Positions 13,452 to 27,949 are shown, counted from the first letter of the stretch. The stretch is 64,000 nucleotides of DNA from the human T2T-CHM13v2.0 reference genome, Homo sapiens (GCF_009914755.1 NC_060928.1); one strand, 5' to 3'. Notes: a model not told the origin generated them from the sequence alone. Numbers and translations: made by a program.

Positions 13452-14361
13452 CTTTATATATATACATATATTTTTATTATACTTCGAGTTCTAGGGTACA
13501 TGTGTGCAACGTGCAGGTTTGTTACATATGTGTACATAACATTAGGTATATCTCCTAATGCTATCCCTTCCCCCTCCCCCCACCCCACAACAGGCCCCAG
13601 TGTGTGATGTTCCCCTTCCTGTGTCCAAGTGTTCTCATTGTTCAATTCCCACCAAGAGTGAGAATATGCAGTGTTTGTTTTTTTGTCCTTGTGATAGTTT
13701 GCTGAGAATGATGGTTTCCAGCTTCATCCATGTCCCTACAAAGGACATGAACTCATCATTTTTTATGGCTGCATAGTATTCCATGGTGTATATGTGCCAC
13801 ATTTTCTTAATCCAGTCTATCATTGTTGGACATTTGGGTTGGTTCCAAGTCTTTGCTATTGTGAGTAGTGCCGCAATAAACATACGTGTGTATGTGTATT
13901 TGTAACAGCATGATTTATATTCCTTTGGTACACAAAGTAACAGGATGGCTGGGTCAAATGGTATTTCTAGTTCTAGATCCCTGAGGAATCGCCACACTGT
14001 CTTCCACAATGGTTGAACTAGTTTACAGTCCCACCAACAGTGTAAAAGCGTTCCTATTTCTCCACATCCTCTCCAGCACCTGTGGTTTCCTGACTTTTTA
14101 ATGATCGCCATTCTAACTGGTGTGAGATGATATCTCATTGTGGTTTTGATTTGCATTTCTCTGATGGCCAGTGATGTTGAACATTTTTTCATGTGTCTTT
14201 TGGCTGCATAAATGTCTTCTTTTGAGAAGTGTCTGTTCATATCCTTCGCCCACTTGTTGATGGGGTTGTTTTTTTCTTGTAAATTTGTTTGAGTTCTTTG
14301 TAGATTCTGGATATTAGCCCTTTGTCAGATGATGGAAGAACATTCCATACTCATGGACAGG
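13452..14361 (-). mobile_element. 5'-truncated, 5'-inverted L1PA (L1PA3-5-like) with dead ORF2 C-terminus
   Basis: ORF 13635-14240 translates to L1 ORF2p C-terminus ([10 protein letters not shown]...[19 protein letters not shown]...SQGQK) with indels. Perfect 18-bp TSD aaaaaacctaagaatgtt at 13434-13451 and 14362-14379. Confidence 0.95.
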
Positions 14362-15380
14362 AAAAAACCTAAGAATGTTGTCACTGTAACCAAGCCCAAG
14401 GGAGCAAAATTCTTTTCTCTTGCAGTCCCAACCCTGAGTTTACAAAATCTGTCCACACATACCCAGACTTTTGAGTTGTCAAATAAGTTTCTAATAAGAA
14501 AACTTTTTTTAGTTTATGCCAACATTTTACTAAGCCCACCTGCAGCTCCCTAAGCCACTCCTTTAACAAAAATACTATCTTTTTACTTTCTAGTTTTTTA
14601 AGCAAAAAATTTTATATATTTGGAGAAAAGTGTTTCATAGACAAGCCAGAAAATCTAGGGAGAAAGAGATATTACAGAATCTGCTGAGCAAGAGGATTGG
14701 GTGGAAGTCAAACCCATGTTAGCACTCCATATGGGAGCTCCAATATAGTCATGAAGAAGGCCCCCATTTCCCATTAGCTTCTGAGCACTTGTAAGGCATC
14801 AAATTCAAGGAGACGACTACCAGGGATTAACATCAAAGGACATTTTACTGAGTTGAGTTCATCAGCAGTTTCTACTTATTAATTTATTGTTAAAATTATA
14901 TGCTTCATTTCCGTTGCAGGCCTTCTTTTTTTACTGCTTAACCCAAATATGTACCATGGGCAAGATACATACAGTGCTTTAAATATGTTACTATAAGAAT
15001 TTGCATTCCAAATCAAGACATCATTCTAAATCATTCCCATCAAGATATTGCCAAAAGCATCACACATAGGCTATAGCCCTCAATATATATTATTGTCTTT
15101 CATACAGAGAGACTGTTCAATAAAAAACCTCATTGTGTCTGTCCTTCATGTTTTTAAGCTAATTAAGTGTTCCAAAGCTTAGGTCTTTTATGATTGTGAA
15201 TAAGGATTGTTATTCACCTCAGTAGTTTTCAGGAAAAGATAATGCTTCTGTTCTCTCTTTCTCAGGGACCACTATTACCTGAGTTTCCTGGAGCTTTGAG
15301 TTTTTTTCAAAATTGTTTTCTTAAATCTTTAAATGAATTGCATTTCTCTCTCCTCTAATGAGCAAAATATGAAGAAATGA

Positions 15381-15976
<596 letters not shown>

Positions 15977-16639
15977 AGTTAGGGATTTCTAAGTAATGCT
16001 AATGACAAGCTGCTCCAGGGTCTGATGTTCCCATGTGGTCCCTGTTGGATACATTTTTAATCCTAATTTTGGAAACTTAACACCAGGTATATAATGACTG
16101 AGAACGGCTGCAACTTATCAAGACACAATTCTTACATCACATATATGTGATGCAGTAGGAGAATGTATAAGAAATGTCAAATCTCATTCTTTCCAAAATC
16201 TTGTGTTAGGTAATTTATGGTTTTTATGACTAACCAATTATTCTGGACATAAAGACTTTTAAAATTATAATAATGAAATTTACTTGGACTTCTAGTTGAG
16301 GTAATTACAGGTCATGAGGAACACAGTAAAAGCTGCCATATTAAAGAACAGTTATAATTGCTGTAAATGATTTTGTTAGTGCGGAACCAGTTGTAATCCA
16401 ATTACATCCACATTTGAAAATGACAAGAAAATGTTGAGAGACATGTTTCCCAACCAGACCATTCACCTGTCACCTTGCCAGTGTATCATTTGAAGGAAAT
16501 CTTTTGTAGCAAATAAGAATATACCCGGCCTCCTTTAGATCCAGAATTGAAAAAAATTAGAACTAAACAACAACAAAACCATCAGTTATTTTGTAAGAAC
16601 TGTATAAGAAAAGAGAGAGGAGAATTCTCATTTTAGTCA

Positions 16640-16830
16640 ACGTTCACCTAGTACTGTTCTAGGTGTCGTAGGTATTAACCAGTTTAACCTTCACAGAACT
16701 AAATGGCAGGGATTCTTATTTCTTTTTGCAGTTAGAGAAACTGAGGCTGAAATTAAGTTACTTGCCCAAGATAAGGCAGCAAATCTGGTTTACCTAATTC
16801 CAAAGCTTAAGTTTAACTTATTACCATACC
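16640..16830 (-). mobile_element. MIR
   Basis: gagaaactgaggctg...aagttacttgcccaagat core. Confidence 0.65.
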
Positions 16831-16898
16831 ATGGTAAGAATCATTTTGATCTTAAAATTACTTCAGATGTCTTAGTATGTTGATGTTTACCCTCATAA

Positions 16899-17161
16899 GT
16901 AAATGAGAAGTAGGAGATTCTATATGTGTTCATACCTAAATGACAAATAATGAAAGGTATTTGTTTACATATACATTATTTAATGAAAAAATGTTGCATT
17001 AATAATTTGGACATAATATGGAATATTTATGTAAATGAGAAGTAGGAGATTCTATATGTGTTCATACCTAAATGACAAATAATGAAAAGTATTTATTTGC
17101 ATATACATTATTTAATGAAAAAAATGTTGCATTAATAATTTGGACATAATGTGGAATATTT
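16899..17161. repeat. Tandem duplication, 2 x ~131 bp (period 132)
   Basis: gtaaatgagaagtaggagattctat...ggaatattt starts at 16899 and again at 17031; about 4 substitutions plus 1 indel. Confidence 0.95.
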
Positions 17162-18504
17162 CCTCACAAAAATTCAGACAACAATTTTTCTTCCACTTTT
17201 ATACTCTTTATCTATAGCTATAATTAAATCAAAGTTATCAGCAGATCATACTGGGAATCAGTTTGTGCCACAAGGCAAAATAAATTGACAGTATTAGAAG
17301 AAAGGTTAATAGTCCCTTTGCTAATCCCAACTTTTGCACTAGGTTTATTATTACCCTTGAAATAGAACCTACACGATCAATTTCAAATATCAAAGCATAA
17401 CACACACTCTACAGGGAACCCATAAAAGAAAGCAGAGGAGGCAATAGCTTTACAGTTAGGAAAAACCACGATTTTGATTGTGCGTGGAAAACATCAAATT
17501 AAACTTGGTACTTGCTATTGACTCAGCATCCTGCTTCTCCCAGCATTCCAGCGGAAGTCTAGTCTGCTAGCTCCCCAGAGTGAGACCTTTACTCCTGTGG
17601 CATTACTTGCTGGCAATACAGAATTGAACAGGTTCTGGCCTTGGGGGAAGCTTATGATTATTTTCTTCAATGTGCAAAGTAATGCTTAAAGGAAATAGTC
17701 TCTTAAGCAGCCCAAAATGTGAAAAAAACAAGATAAATGAGGTTTGCAAAATTTCTTCTTTTCCTACTAATTTATTTCTGGTTCAGTGAAAAATTCATTT
17801 TAGAAGGGTTTTATTCCTCCTATGTCCCAAGCTTGGTCTTCAGTCCCCAGTTACAGAGTTGTTCACATCGTCTTCTTCATGCCTTTTATTTCTGCACAAA
17901 TCCATGTTAGTCATGCCCAATCCCCACAGGCCACCTGAGTGCTCTACAGCACGTTGCTCCCGCTGCACCCAGGCTAAGGGCATGAGAGATTTCTCTCTGC
18001 ATGTAGAAAGACTGGAGGCATGACAGCAACTAACGTTGACTAATTAATGCTGAAAGGGTCAAAGTTGTCAAGTTCCCAACTTATTTACCATTGACACACC
18101 CCAGATTTGTTCTGGGATGCCAGGAGATAGTATCATTGCACAGGTGTGAAGAAATAGGGCATTCTGACCACAAGGATAGGCCAGAAATTTGGGGGTCATT
18201 ATTTCATCATGTACTTAGTGCCAGGAATTTATATTTTAGGTGGATAAGGTTGTCATTGTTCCACAACATCTGAGGACAGCAGACTTGTTGAATGAATGAA
18301 TGAATGAATGAGAAAGCTCTATCAGCTCCATAGACAAATGCCGACTTCTACAGATTACTTGGAGATAATCTTTTAATAAAATGAAAAAAGCTCAACAAAC
18401 CTGAGCAACTAAGAGGAGCTAACATTTCCTAACTGCCTACGGCACCATGCCAGGTACTTCACGTACACTATTTGTTTAAGTACAGACAACCTCCTACTTA
18501 GTAT

Positions 18505-19068
18505 CTACGATAGACAGACTCAAAGGTGGCTCCCAGGGATCTCCTTCCCCTGGTATTTGTGCCTTGATATAGTCGCCTCTCACAGTGAATAGGGCTGACC
18601 TCTCTCACCTGTAGGATTTTGTAGAAATGATGGCACGTGGCCTCCAATGCCAGGTCATAAAAGCCGTCATGGCTTTTGCCTTGCTTTCCCTTGGATAACT
18701 CTCAGAGCGAGGCCAGGTGCCATGTCACTAGGGCCCGCAAGCAGTTCCGTGAAGAAGACCGCATGTTGAGGAATCAAGGCTTCCTGTCCACCACCCGCAC
18801 TAACGTGCCAAGCAGTGAGGGAGCCACCCGGAAGCAAATCCTCCATCCCCAGGCAAGCCTTCATGTGACTTCAGCTTACCGCTTTCCTCAAGGCAATGTC
18901 AAAGAGAGAACCTGACAAGTAGATCCTGGAACCATCCAGCTAAGCCACTCCCAGATTCCATCCAGACCCATAGAAACAATGTGAAATAATAAGTTTTTTT
19001 TTTTTTTTAATCATTGAAGCCTCTGTATTTTGGAGGCATTTGTTACATGGCAGTAGATTGCTATAAAA
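18505..19068 (+). mobile_element. MaLR solo LTR, MLT1F-like, inserted in a MIR
   Basis: aggtggctccc...cagctaagccactcccagattcc...tttgttacatggcagtagat. MIR halves flank it (~18400-18500 and ~19070-19110). Confidence 0.75.
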
Positions 19069-20409
19069 ACCATTATTACTCTCATTTTATGGATGAAGAA
19101 ATAAAGGCCATGAGACCCACAGGTACAAAATGCTAATAGCTTTCCCTCATTGATCACCTTCTAAAGAAGACTTGGACCACCGAGGATGGCTGAAGCCAAG
19201 AAGAAGAGCAGCCAGTAGTGGGTAAAGAGGCAGAGGCGCCTACTCATTTCTTCAACAAATAACTCTTGGGCATCTGTGGTGTGCCAGTCAGTGTTTTAGG
19301 ACATGAATTTGCATCAGTGGCCACCATAGATAAGTTACCTGTGTTTTTAAGGCTTACAGGCTAGTGTGATGATTGATAATGAACAAACACATGAAAAGAT
19401 CTATTACGAAGTACAATAGAAGGCAAGGGAGAAACAGGTTCAGGGAAGAGCGAGACTGCGAAAGGGCAGCCTGCCACCTCTTCCTTCCCACACAGAGCAT
19501 CTGCAGGGCACACCCCTTCATCCAAGGCTGCCTGAATGTGTTGCTCTGTCCTGAAACATGAAACTTATTAGACAAGGGCCATTCTTCTCTTTTGTACACT
19601 CACATACATCCCAGGTGCCTAAAGCTAAGCCTGGTACATAATTTGTGTTTAGTACATATTTATGGCAGTGTCTTAAATTCTCAGATGGATAAAATTTTTA
19701 GTGGATTTACCTGCCTAAGGAGTTTGACATTTTTCAGCTGTTTTAAGGTTAGCACGTTATTTAAGACAGAGTAAATTCTGCTGGTGTAACTCCTTTTGTA
19801 TTACCAAAAGAACAAAACTCATTGTGTAATAAATATGATTTTCTTCCCAATAGCCATGCTAGAAATTCATTTATGTAAGCAAGATATTAAGCCCCAAAAC
19901 CAATGTACTAAAAATGCAATAAGTGCTCCAGAATACTCTAAGAATCAAAATCTGAGATATTGTTATGAGATCCCCAAAGAAATGTCCATGATCCAAAGAA
20001 GAAATCAGTCTCGTCACTTACACATAAATAAACCCAGGTTTCTTGAGTCTGTTTAGTTCCGCCATGCAGCTGTGCGGCTCCAAGAGCACCACACCAGGAG
20101 GACCAGAGGCTTCTCACTTCACGATCACAGCCACTGCAGCCTCTTTGGGGGAACGTGAGAGTCTCTTTTAAAGCCCTGTAGTCTCAAAAAATAAATTGTA
20201 AGTTTATGAAAGGCAGAAATTAGGTAGTTATTACTTGCTGATCAAAGTGGTTTATTACATTTTAAAATGTTAGTACTAAAGGGAACTTCAAATATTAGGG
20301 GGCTCAATCCTTCTGCTCCCAAAGAGAAGCCCAAAGAGGTGAAATGATCATCCTGGGAGGCAAGAGCAGGAGGAGTTGCTCATGCCAGCCTTTTTAAAAA
20401 CTCCTCCCC

Positions 20410-20696
20410 TGGAAACCATCATTCTTAGCAAACTATCGCAAGGACAAAAAACCAAACACTGCATGTTCTTACTCATAGGTGGGAATTGAACAATGAGAAC
20501 ACATGGACACAGGAAGGGGAACATCACATACCAGGGCCTGTTGTGGGGTTGGGGGAGGGGGGAGGGATAGCATTAGGAGATACACCTAATGCTAAATGAT
20601 GAGTTAACGGGTGCAGCACACCAGCATGGCACATGTATACATATGTAAAAAACCTGCATGTTGGGCACATGTACCCTAGAACTTAAAATAAAAAAA
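20410..20696 (+). mobile_element. 5'-truncated L1PA (L1PA3-5-like) 3' end
   Basis: ORF2 end plus 3'UTR and polyA; 14-bp TSD aaaaactcctcccc (20396-20409 / 20697-20710) at a canonical TT|AAAA site. Confidence 0.95.
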
Positions 20697-20814
20697 AAAA
20701 ACTCCTCCCCAAACACATTGTGTTTCTTTGAATAATCCAGATACTGTCACCTATTAAGACTCAAGAAAGTTTGGCTGATTATTTCCAATGGGACTGTAAT
20801 TAAGATGCCATTGG

Positions 20815-21060
20815 AGGCAGTGTTGCATAGCAATTTTAGAATCTGGGTTCTGAAATCTGAGATCAGGCCTCAAATACTATCTCCATCATTTTTTAGCTGG
20901 GCAAATTAATCTAATTCTGTTTTTTCACCTTTAATCTAGAGATAAACACAGCACATATCTCGTGGAGTTTTGTGAGGATCGGACAAGATGTCATGGGTCG
21001 GTTTTAGGAATACTTCTTAGTGCGTGTAGAACTGCTCATGTATCCTAAACTACTGCTATT
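20815..21060 (+). mobile_element. MIR
   Basis: gaggcagtgttgcatag...tttagctgggcaaatta...ttttgtgaggat. Confidence 0.55.
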
Positions 21061-21688
21061 GTTGTAATCATTATTTCATTATCTTCAGAATGTCTTGAAG
21101 TCTGAGAGTTAAGATCCAGTGAGAGTTAAGATCATGGTGGACCAAAAAGACTAAAAAGAGTTTAGGCTATTTCTTGGTGCCTGGGGCTTATGATGGTAGA
21201 AGGAAGCAGAGACAGTGAAGGAGAGAGGGCTGCTGAAGGGCCCTGGCCTCTTTCCCAAGCCACTGCAGATTATCTACATGACAACCGTGTGCTTGTCACT
21301 GCAGCTTCAAAGCAGGTCCCTAAGCCCCTTTTCCTATCAACTTGTCATTTCCAAGCTTCTCAAAAGTAGAAATTCTAACTGGTCTTCAGTGGGAAGGTCA
21401 GGGTAAGTGATGGAATATTTAGCTGGTGATATTTTATAGTTCAAACCAGGCATTCACAATAGGGAATTGTATTCATGGGGAGTAGAACCCTCATTCTGGA
21501 GCTGCTTAGTTTTAGAATCAAATGAATCTCATGCCCAGGAAGAAGAGGGGACAAGACGTCAATCATAAGAGGCCATCAGATCCCACTATGCAGAGGCTGA
21601 TGGGACATGAGAGTCTCAGAATGCAAACCAACCATGAATGAGGATGCGTGGTGTGTACACATGTGGCAGAGAGGAGAGTTCCTGGACT

Positions 21689-21837
21689 TTGAAATGAGGG
21701 TATAGCCATAACCTTCTTATCAGAATTGAAATGTGGATGTAGCCATAACTTTCTTATCGGAATTGAAATGTGAGTGTAGCCATAACCTTCTTATCAGTGT
21801 TGAAATGCGGGTCTAGCCATAACCTTCTTATCAAAAT
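21689..21837. repeat. Minisatellite, 4 x 37 bp
   Basis: gaaatg recurs at 21691, 21728, 21765 and 21802; core tagccataaccttcttatc. Confidence 0.95.
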
Positions 21838-22331
21838 CAGGCATCACAGGGATTAGAAGGGCTTCAGCCCAGGAAACAACATGGAAGTGGATTCTGTGGC
21901 AGCAACTGAAAGCTAAATCCCTGGAAATCAGGATGAAAAAGCGTTCTCTCCCTCAGCCACGATGGACCAGAGACCTGATTAGGTGTGTAGATGTGTGTCT
22001 GTAAGTGGGTTTGTGTGTACACACTATGATGGTCTACGTTTGCTTTTTGGAAGAGGGTTTGCTGGTCAGCCCCTCATGTGGAGTAAGGCAGAAACTGGGG
22101 CAGTGAGCAGCAGAGTTGTGTATATAACACCTGACTGGTTTTATTAGAGCTCAATATCCCTTTATATCTATTATAAAAAGTGATGTTCATTTGCATACCA
22201 TAGGTGATGCAGGTGCTCAAATACAGCAACAATCGCTGATCTTTAAATACGTTCCATCTGTGGGTAAAAATAATTACCTTCTGAATCTCTGTTTTACAGT
22301 TGCATTCAAGTGGGGTGTATCTGTGCATGTT

Positions 22332-22808
22332 TGTGGTTGGCAGAACAATGGCCTCCCAAAAGTATCCGTGTCCTAATCCCCACAACCTGGGAATTAAAGT
22401 AGCAGATGAAATTAAATTTGCTAACCGACTTACTTTAAACATGCAGATTATCCTGGATTATCTAGGTGGGCAAACCGTAGTGGCAAATCTTTTAAATGAG
22501 GAAGAAGAAGGCGTCAGAAGAGGAAGAGATAGACAGAAGAGTCAGCATCAGAAGAAGACGGTGTGAGAAGGACTGACAGCTGTTGCTGGCTTTGAAGATG
22601 GAAGGAGTGGGTGAGCCAAGGAGGAAGAGCTGCCCTAGAGGCTGGAAAGGCAAGGAGATGGGCTGTGCCCTAAAGCCCCAGGAAAGAAGGAAAGCCTGCT
22701 GGCTCCTTGATTTTCACCCTGTATGACCTGTTTCAGAGTTCTGATGCTGTATTCTTTAAACCACTAATTTCATGCTAATTTTTTATAGCAGCAATAGAAA
22801 ACCAATAT
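22332..22808 (+). mobile_element. MaLR solo LTR, MLT1D/E-like
   Basis: tgtggttggcagaacaatggcc...gattatcctggattatctaggtggg...gctggctttgaagatgga...atagcagcaatagaaaac. Confidence 0.8.
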
Positions 22809-25800
22809 CATGGTATATGCATTTTTAAATTTTATAACACAAATAGTTTCAAAAAGTGAGAAATTCAGATGTTTGAGCTCATTTTCTGAGAAGTTCCATC
22901 TGGAAGTCAGATCACAGGAGCAGTCCTTCTGACTCTGTTCCACATCGTAATAAATAATACTTATGTTATCTCCCGTATACTCTGACGCCTTGCAAAGCTA
23001 CACACCATGCCATAGATTTCCTAAACAGCAACATTTAGAGCAATCGTTTCCATGTAAGTGGTACTTTCTACAACCATTTGTTTCTTTTTTCTTCCTTTAA
23101 TGCATTTTAATTAAAGGTAAGAAGAGAATAAAAGAGAGTTGGAGGAAGTACAGCAGCTGTGATGTGTGGGTATAGGAGAGCACAGTCTGCAGACTTATGC
23201 TCCATTTGAAGGTAGAAAAACAGTGATTATAGATATATTGCTAAATGAGATTCTACATAAATCCAGACTTTGAACATGAGACTTGATGTAAGTAAAAAAA
23301 GACACTGATTCCTCATGGCTGCATGCTGGGTTTTCTTGATGTTTAATTAATTCTAATGATGAAGTCTGAGTCATAAGTGCTCATTCAACAGAGAAACGGA
23401 CCCTATTTTAAAAATATAAGCCTTTACACAAATAATTGTTGGCTAAATGCTTGCAGTTATCAATAGCGGTTCCGATTTTGAATGTAATGTTTAGTGCACA
23501 GAATTCCTCGCCCTGGCCAAGCAGAAAGAAAAAGTGCAAAATCAAACAGTCAACGCGAGAATTTAAAACTATACAAAAGAGAGTCAATTTTTTTATGAGG
23601 AGGTGATCACATCTGTGGTTTTTCTGGGAAAAAAAATAATACTGGCTTCCTTCGTGGACTCTCTCCTGTATTTAGATCGACTGGAATGTGCTCTAAGAAA
23701 GCACACTCATTTTGACATCAGCATAAGCAAAACAAATCTGCCTCAAAACATTTGATTGTAAAACACCTCCAGCTCACCCACTGCTCTAGGGATGTGTCGG
23801 CTTCTTCAGGAATCGTGGGTGATCATAACACCTGGTAGGCACATCACTAGTGAAGTGTGGAAGGCAATAGCAAAGCTAGAATCAACAATATCTCGTTTCC
23901 TACATCATTTAGGCTCAAGGAAAAGACTTTGTGGGAATTGTGGTAACTGCTGTTGTGTATTATTGTTATGCATTATTAATAGAAATAATTTTCTTGCCAT
24001 ATCACTCGTAGGTAGCCTTGTATTTTAAAATATAAGAAGATCCACGGCTCCCTATCTACCTAATATACAAGTCTATGATTGTATGGTGTTCCTTTATTCT
24101 TTCTACTATAAATTCTACTTACAGTTTTCAATATCTTTATGGAAATTAATATCTTACCGAATAGAGTCGAGGGAGTTTCAAAAAATGTATACAATCAATT
24201 TGTACACATATGAAGGTGAAGCAAACATACCCATGTCAGTAAAATTACTGAATGGCCAAAAGGGGAAATAACCCATGAATTTCATATTAAGAGTGAAACT
24301 GTTTAGAGTGAAAGAAACTGGAATTTTCATCTTGCTCCACTCCTAACTAGTCATATGCTCCAGGACTACTTACTCGTCATGTTTAAACCTTATTTTTTTT
24401 GAATATTTTATTTTTCTAAAGGTTAAAATCCCTACTGAGCTTGTGGGTTTGTTGCGAGTACTGCATAAGTTAACCTAAGTTAGATACAGTAACTGCCTAC
24501 CCCAAACCATCTTGCCCCTCGTCCTCTCCTTTCCTGCCAGAACTCTGATTTACTCCAAGTGCTTTGATCTTAGGCTAAGTGAGACCAGCACCTGTTCCGC
24601 AGGTATGTTCTATAGGTGGGCGTGGCCTTTGTTGGGCAATGAGATATAGGGGAAAGTCTTCTAGGGGCTGCTGGAAAGTTTTGTCTCCCTACAAAGAGGG
24701 AAGGAGCAAGAAAACACTTCTTCCATGCCATTGCGTGCTTCGTGCCTCTGAACTCTGTCCACTGAGAAGATGATGCTTGGGATTGCCTCGCCAGTCTTGG
24801 GATGGGGAAGGCAATGCCTGGAGAAATACCAGCAACTGCTTATTTCCAGAATTACTGTTTTGTGGTGGGAAAATCCCTCTGGTTTTAAGACTGTTGACTG
24901 CTGGTAGGACTTTCTAGTATTTGAACCTTGACCTTGTTAGGAATGCAGGGATTGTTAATGACTGTTTTTAATGTTGTTTTACTATATTATAGTGTATCAC
25001 AAGTGGCACTGATAGGCCGGTTTGATAAGTTCCCAGATGAGAGAGAGAATTCCAATTGCAAAAGTCATGGTAAACTTCATAGAGGAGGGATCCATCCCAC
25101 TGGACTTGATGGGTTTGAGTCTTTGAGCATGGAGAGGCTGGAAAGGGTGTGTGGGGGAGTTCCGTTCTGAGCTAGTAGACCCTTCCACAGGTATGAATAA
25201 TATTTCAAGACTCAGTGTAATGAGGACAAAGGAGAAGTGTGGAAATGGAGAGCTTTTCACTCAAATCTGCAGGCCCACCTTCTCTTGCAAAGCTCTTCTA
25301 GTCTATGTATTATCTTTGGGTTATCTATGGACTTAGAGTAAGTGCAATATAGATTTAGTTTGGCTTTGTTTTGAACACTATCTTGACTGACTCTAATAGT
25401 TTTAGAATAAATATAGCTTTACTTCTACTTACATTATTTTTGGGATTTTTTTTTAAAGAAAAAATACATTCGTTTAGTTTAAGAATTGGTAAAACATATA
25501 TATTGACCAGGTTTTATTTTTCATCCAGCAAAGTATCACGATTTGTTGCAATGTGCACAGCCAGCTTAAAAAAAAAAAAAGAGCTGTTCTTAGGGCTTAT
25601 ACTACCTAATTTCAGCAGCACCACTAAGAGAAACAAGGTGTAGCTCTAACAGAAGGTGAATGGGGAAAACAGGCACAGAGAAGAAGTGGGTACAGGCAGC
25701 CGCCTGGCCTCTCCTTATTGCACAGGACAGGCAGGGCAGGGCCGCTCTCTGTGGCCAGGCTTCAGCAACTCAGGCACCCCAGTGCCAGAATCAGCCCCAC

Positions 25801-27949
25801 CACACAACACGTACAGGTTAGCTGGAAACTGTTTAGGACACACAGAGTTTCTCCAAGTAGCAAGAAACATATCAAAGGACCATCAGACCCAGGAATAGAG
25901 TGAAAATGAGTGACAGCACATTTGTTCTTGATTCCCTTATATTTCCTGGTTGGGCCAGAACAAAATAAGAAACAGAAAAGGTGAGACTTGCTGAATGTCA
26001 CATGGCATTTCATCATTATGTTATCTATTTTGGAACATTTCAACTCATTTTCAACCTTTTCCAAAATGTTTACTTTTTCAGGTTTTTCCAGTCAGTGTTT
26101 CTAGTATTGTCCCCACCATTTTTTGTAGCAGTCTATTTTTGAAACGCACATCTTTGGCTACCTTGAATAATTGGAAATAAAAACAATGTTGAAAAGAAGT
26201 CACAGAGTACCTAAGAATAGACAAGGACTGTGGCAGTTATTAAATATTATTACATTAGGAAGTATCATGATTTTGTTAGGTAGGTGTTTTGAGACAATAA
26301 TATTAGGTCTAATTGTTTTGCAAGTGGGTAATTTGCTCAGTTACATGTGATTAAGAGGGGAAGTTAGGGTGTAGCTTAGCTGTGCCTTTTTCCAAGATGC
26401 TGCCCTGTTCTCAGTGTCTTGCAATTCTACTGCAGCTCAATACCCATCACATTCAGTGGGGTATAGAGAGAAGAAACACAGAAAAAGCAAAACAGACAAA
26501 AGAACAAAGGAATTTAGTTCAATTTCAATCAAATATCTGATTTTGATTTTTAATCAAAGGGGATCAAAAGTGGTCAATACAGAGGGGCCATTTGAGTCTT
26601 GTCAAAATAATTATAATTTTTGTTTTTCTTAGGACTGCATTTTAAACACTTAGTGAAGAAGTTTGGTAGTATGCTGGCATGAAAACAGAAAATGTGCCCT
26701 TGTTAACCTATCCATCTTTAAACAAAACAACAACGACAGAATGCAGCAATTATTGGTTGCGTGTCCTATTAACCCAGTTCGTTGTGACATGTGAGGATAG
26801 ACTGAGAACTTGCCTTGACTTGAGTATGTTATGTCCATACATTGTAAAGTATAATTTTTCACAGCATTTTGCAATAAGTGAAATAGGTATTAATTTAAGA
26901 ATAGAAAATATATATTTGGGACCAATTCTCACTTTGCAATACTGACAATTATGGTAGAAGATAATTAATGACTATAGAAGAATAATCAATGTTTAGTTTA
27001 AAAGGGTTTTCAAACAAAGACTATTTTAGGCTTTAAAATTACTGTTGTTTAAATTTTTAAAATTAAATATATATGATATTTAAAACAGTATGAATTTCCT
27101 TTTAGTTTTTGGATTGCATTATTTTTGAATGGTCTCATTAACCAAAAATCTTAAATGATTTTAAATATTTGCCACAATTTCAAGAGCATTCAGTAAAATG
27201 GAAATTGTCTGTTTTTAATTGTATAGCTTTCGGGATGCAGTGTACACCTAAATTGTATTCAATCATGATTTACTACATAAATTTGATTAACTTAAATGCA
27301 TGGTAAGCTCTTTCCTGTTAATATAAATGGAACAAATTAGTGTTCTAAATAGAATAGGAAAGACAGGAAGCAACGCAAATATTCCAGATTATCTGGGCTG
27401 TTTTTAAATGCTTTTTTTCTTCTCTTTACTTAGTTAAATCTCCCTTCTATAATTAAATTAAAATGATTGTGCCTGGATGATTAAATTTTTCCCAATATGT
27501 ATGTTTCATTGGTAATATCTAAATGTTACAGTATAATACATATTGTCCAAGTGGGGTACGAAAGTCTATTAAAAGAAATAATTTTGTACATTTAATCTCT
27601 CTCCTGCACCCTATCAAATTTAGTTGTAACAATATGAAAATGTAATTTGAGCTTATTCTCATTTTTTTACACTATGCTTTTCTCAGTCCTGGAGGATGAA
27701 ATTATATTATCTTTGTTTTCTGTATTTTGTACTCTCTGAACTTTTTAAACATCAAAATGTACATATTATTTATAATCAGAAAAAAAGAAAGCTGTCTTAT
27801 TTTGAAAACCATCATTTTATTGTTAAAAGCTTATCAGAACGAGGGAGAAGCCTTGCCCTGTTTACTGTTGTAGACACACTGTTCATTAAGGATGACTTGT
27901 TTGGAAAAATCCACTCCCAAGACCTCTTGACCTCTAGGGCTAAGCATGG

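Noticed and set aside
13635-14240. 201-aa ORF as a gene
   Set aside because: Fragment of L1 ORF2p with indels in a truncated element.
21103-21133. Small tandem duplications (also ~36814-36853 and ~46379-46406)
   Set aside because: 14-21-bp slippage duplications are background in mammalian DNA.
21689-21837. 37-bp periodic array resembling a CRISPR
   Set aside because: Units are head-to-tail with no unique spacers, there are no cas genes, and the context is eukaryotic; it is a minisatellite.
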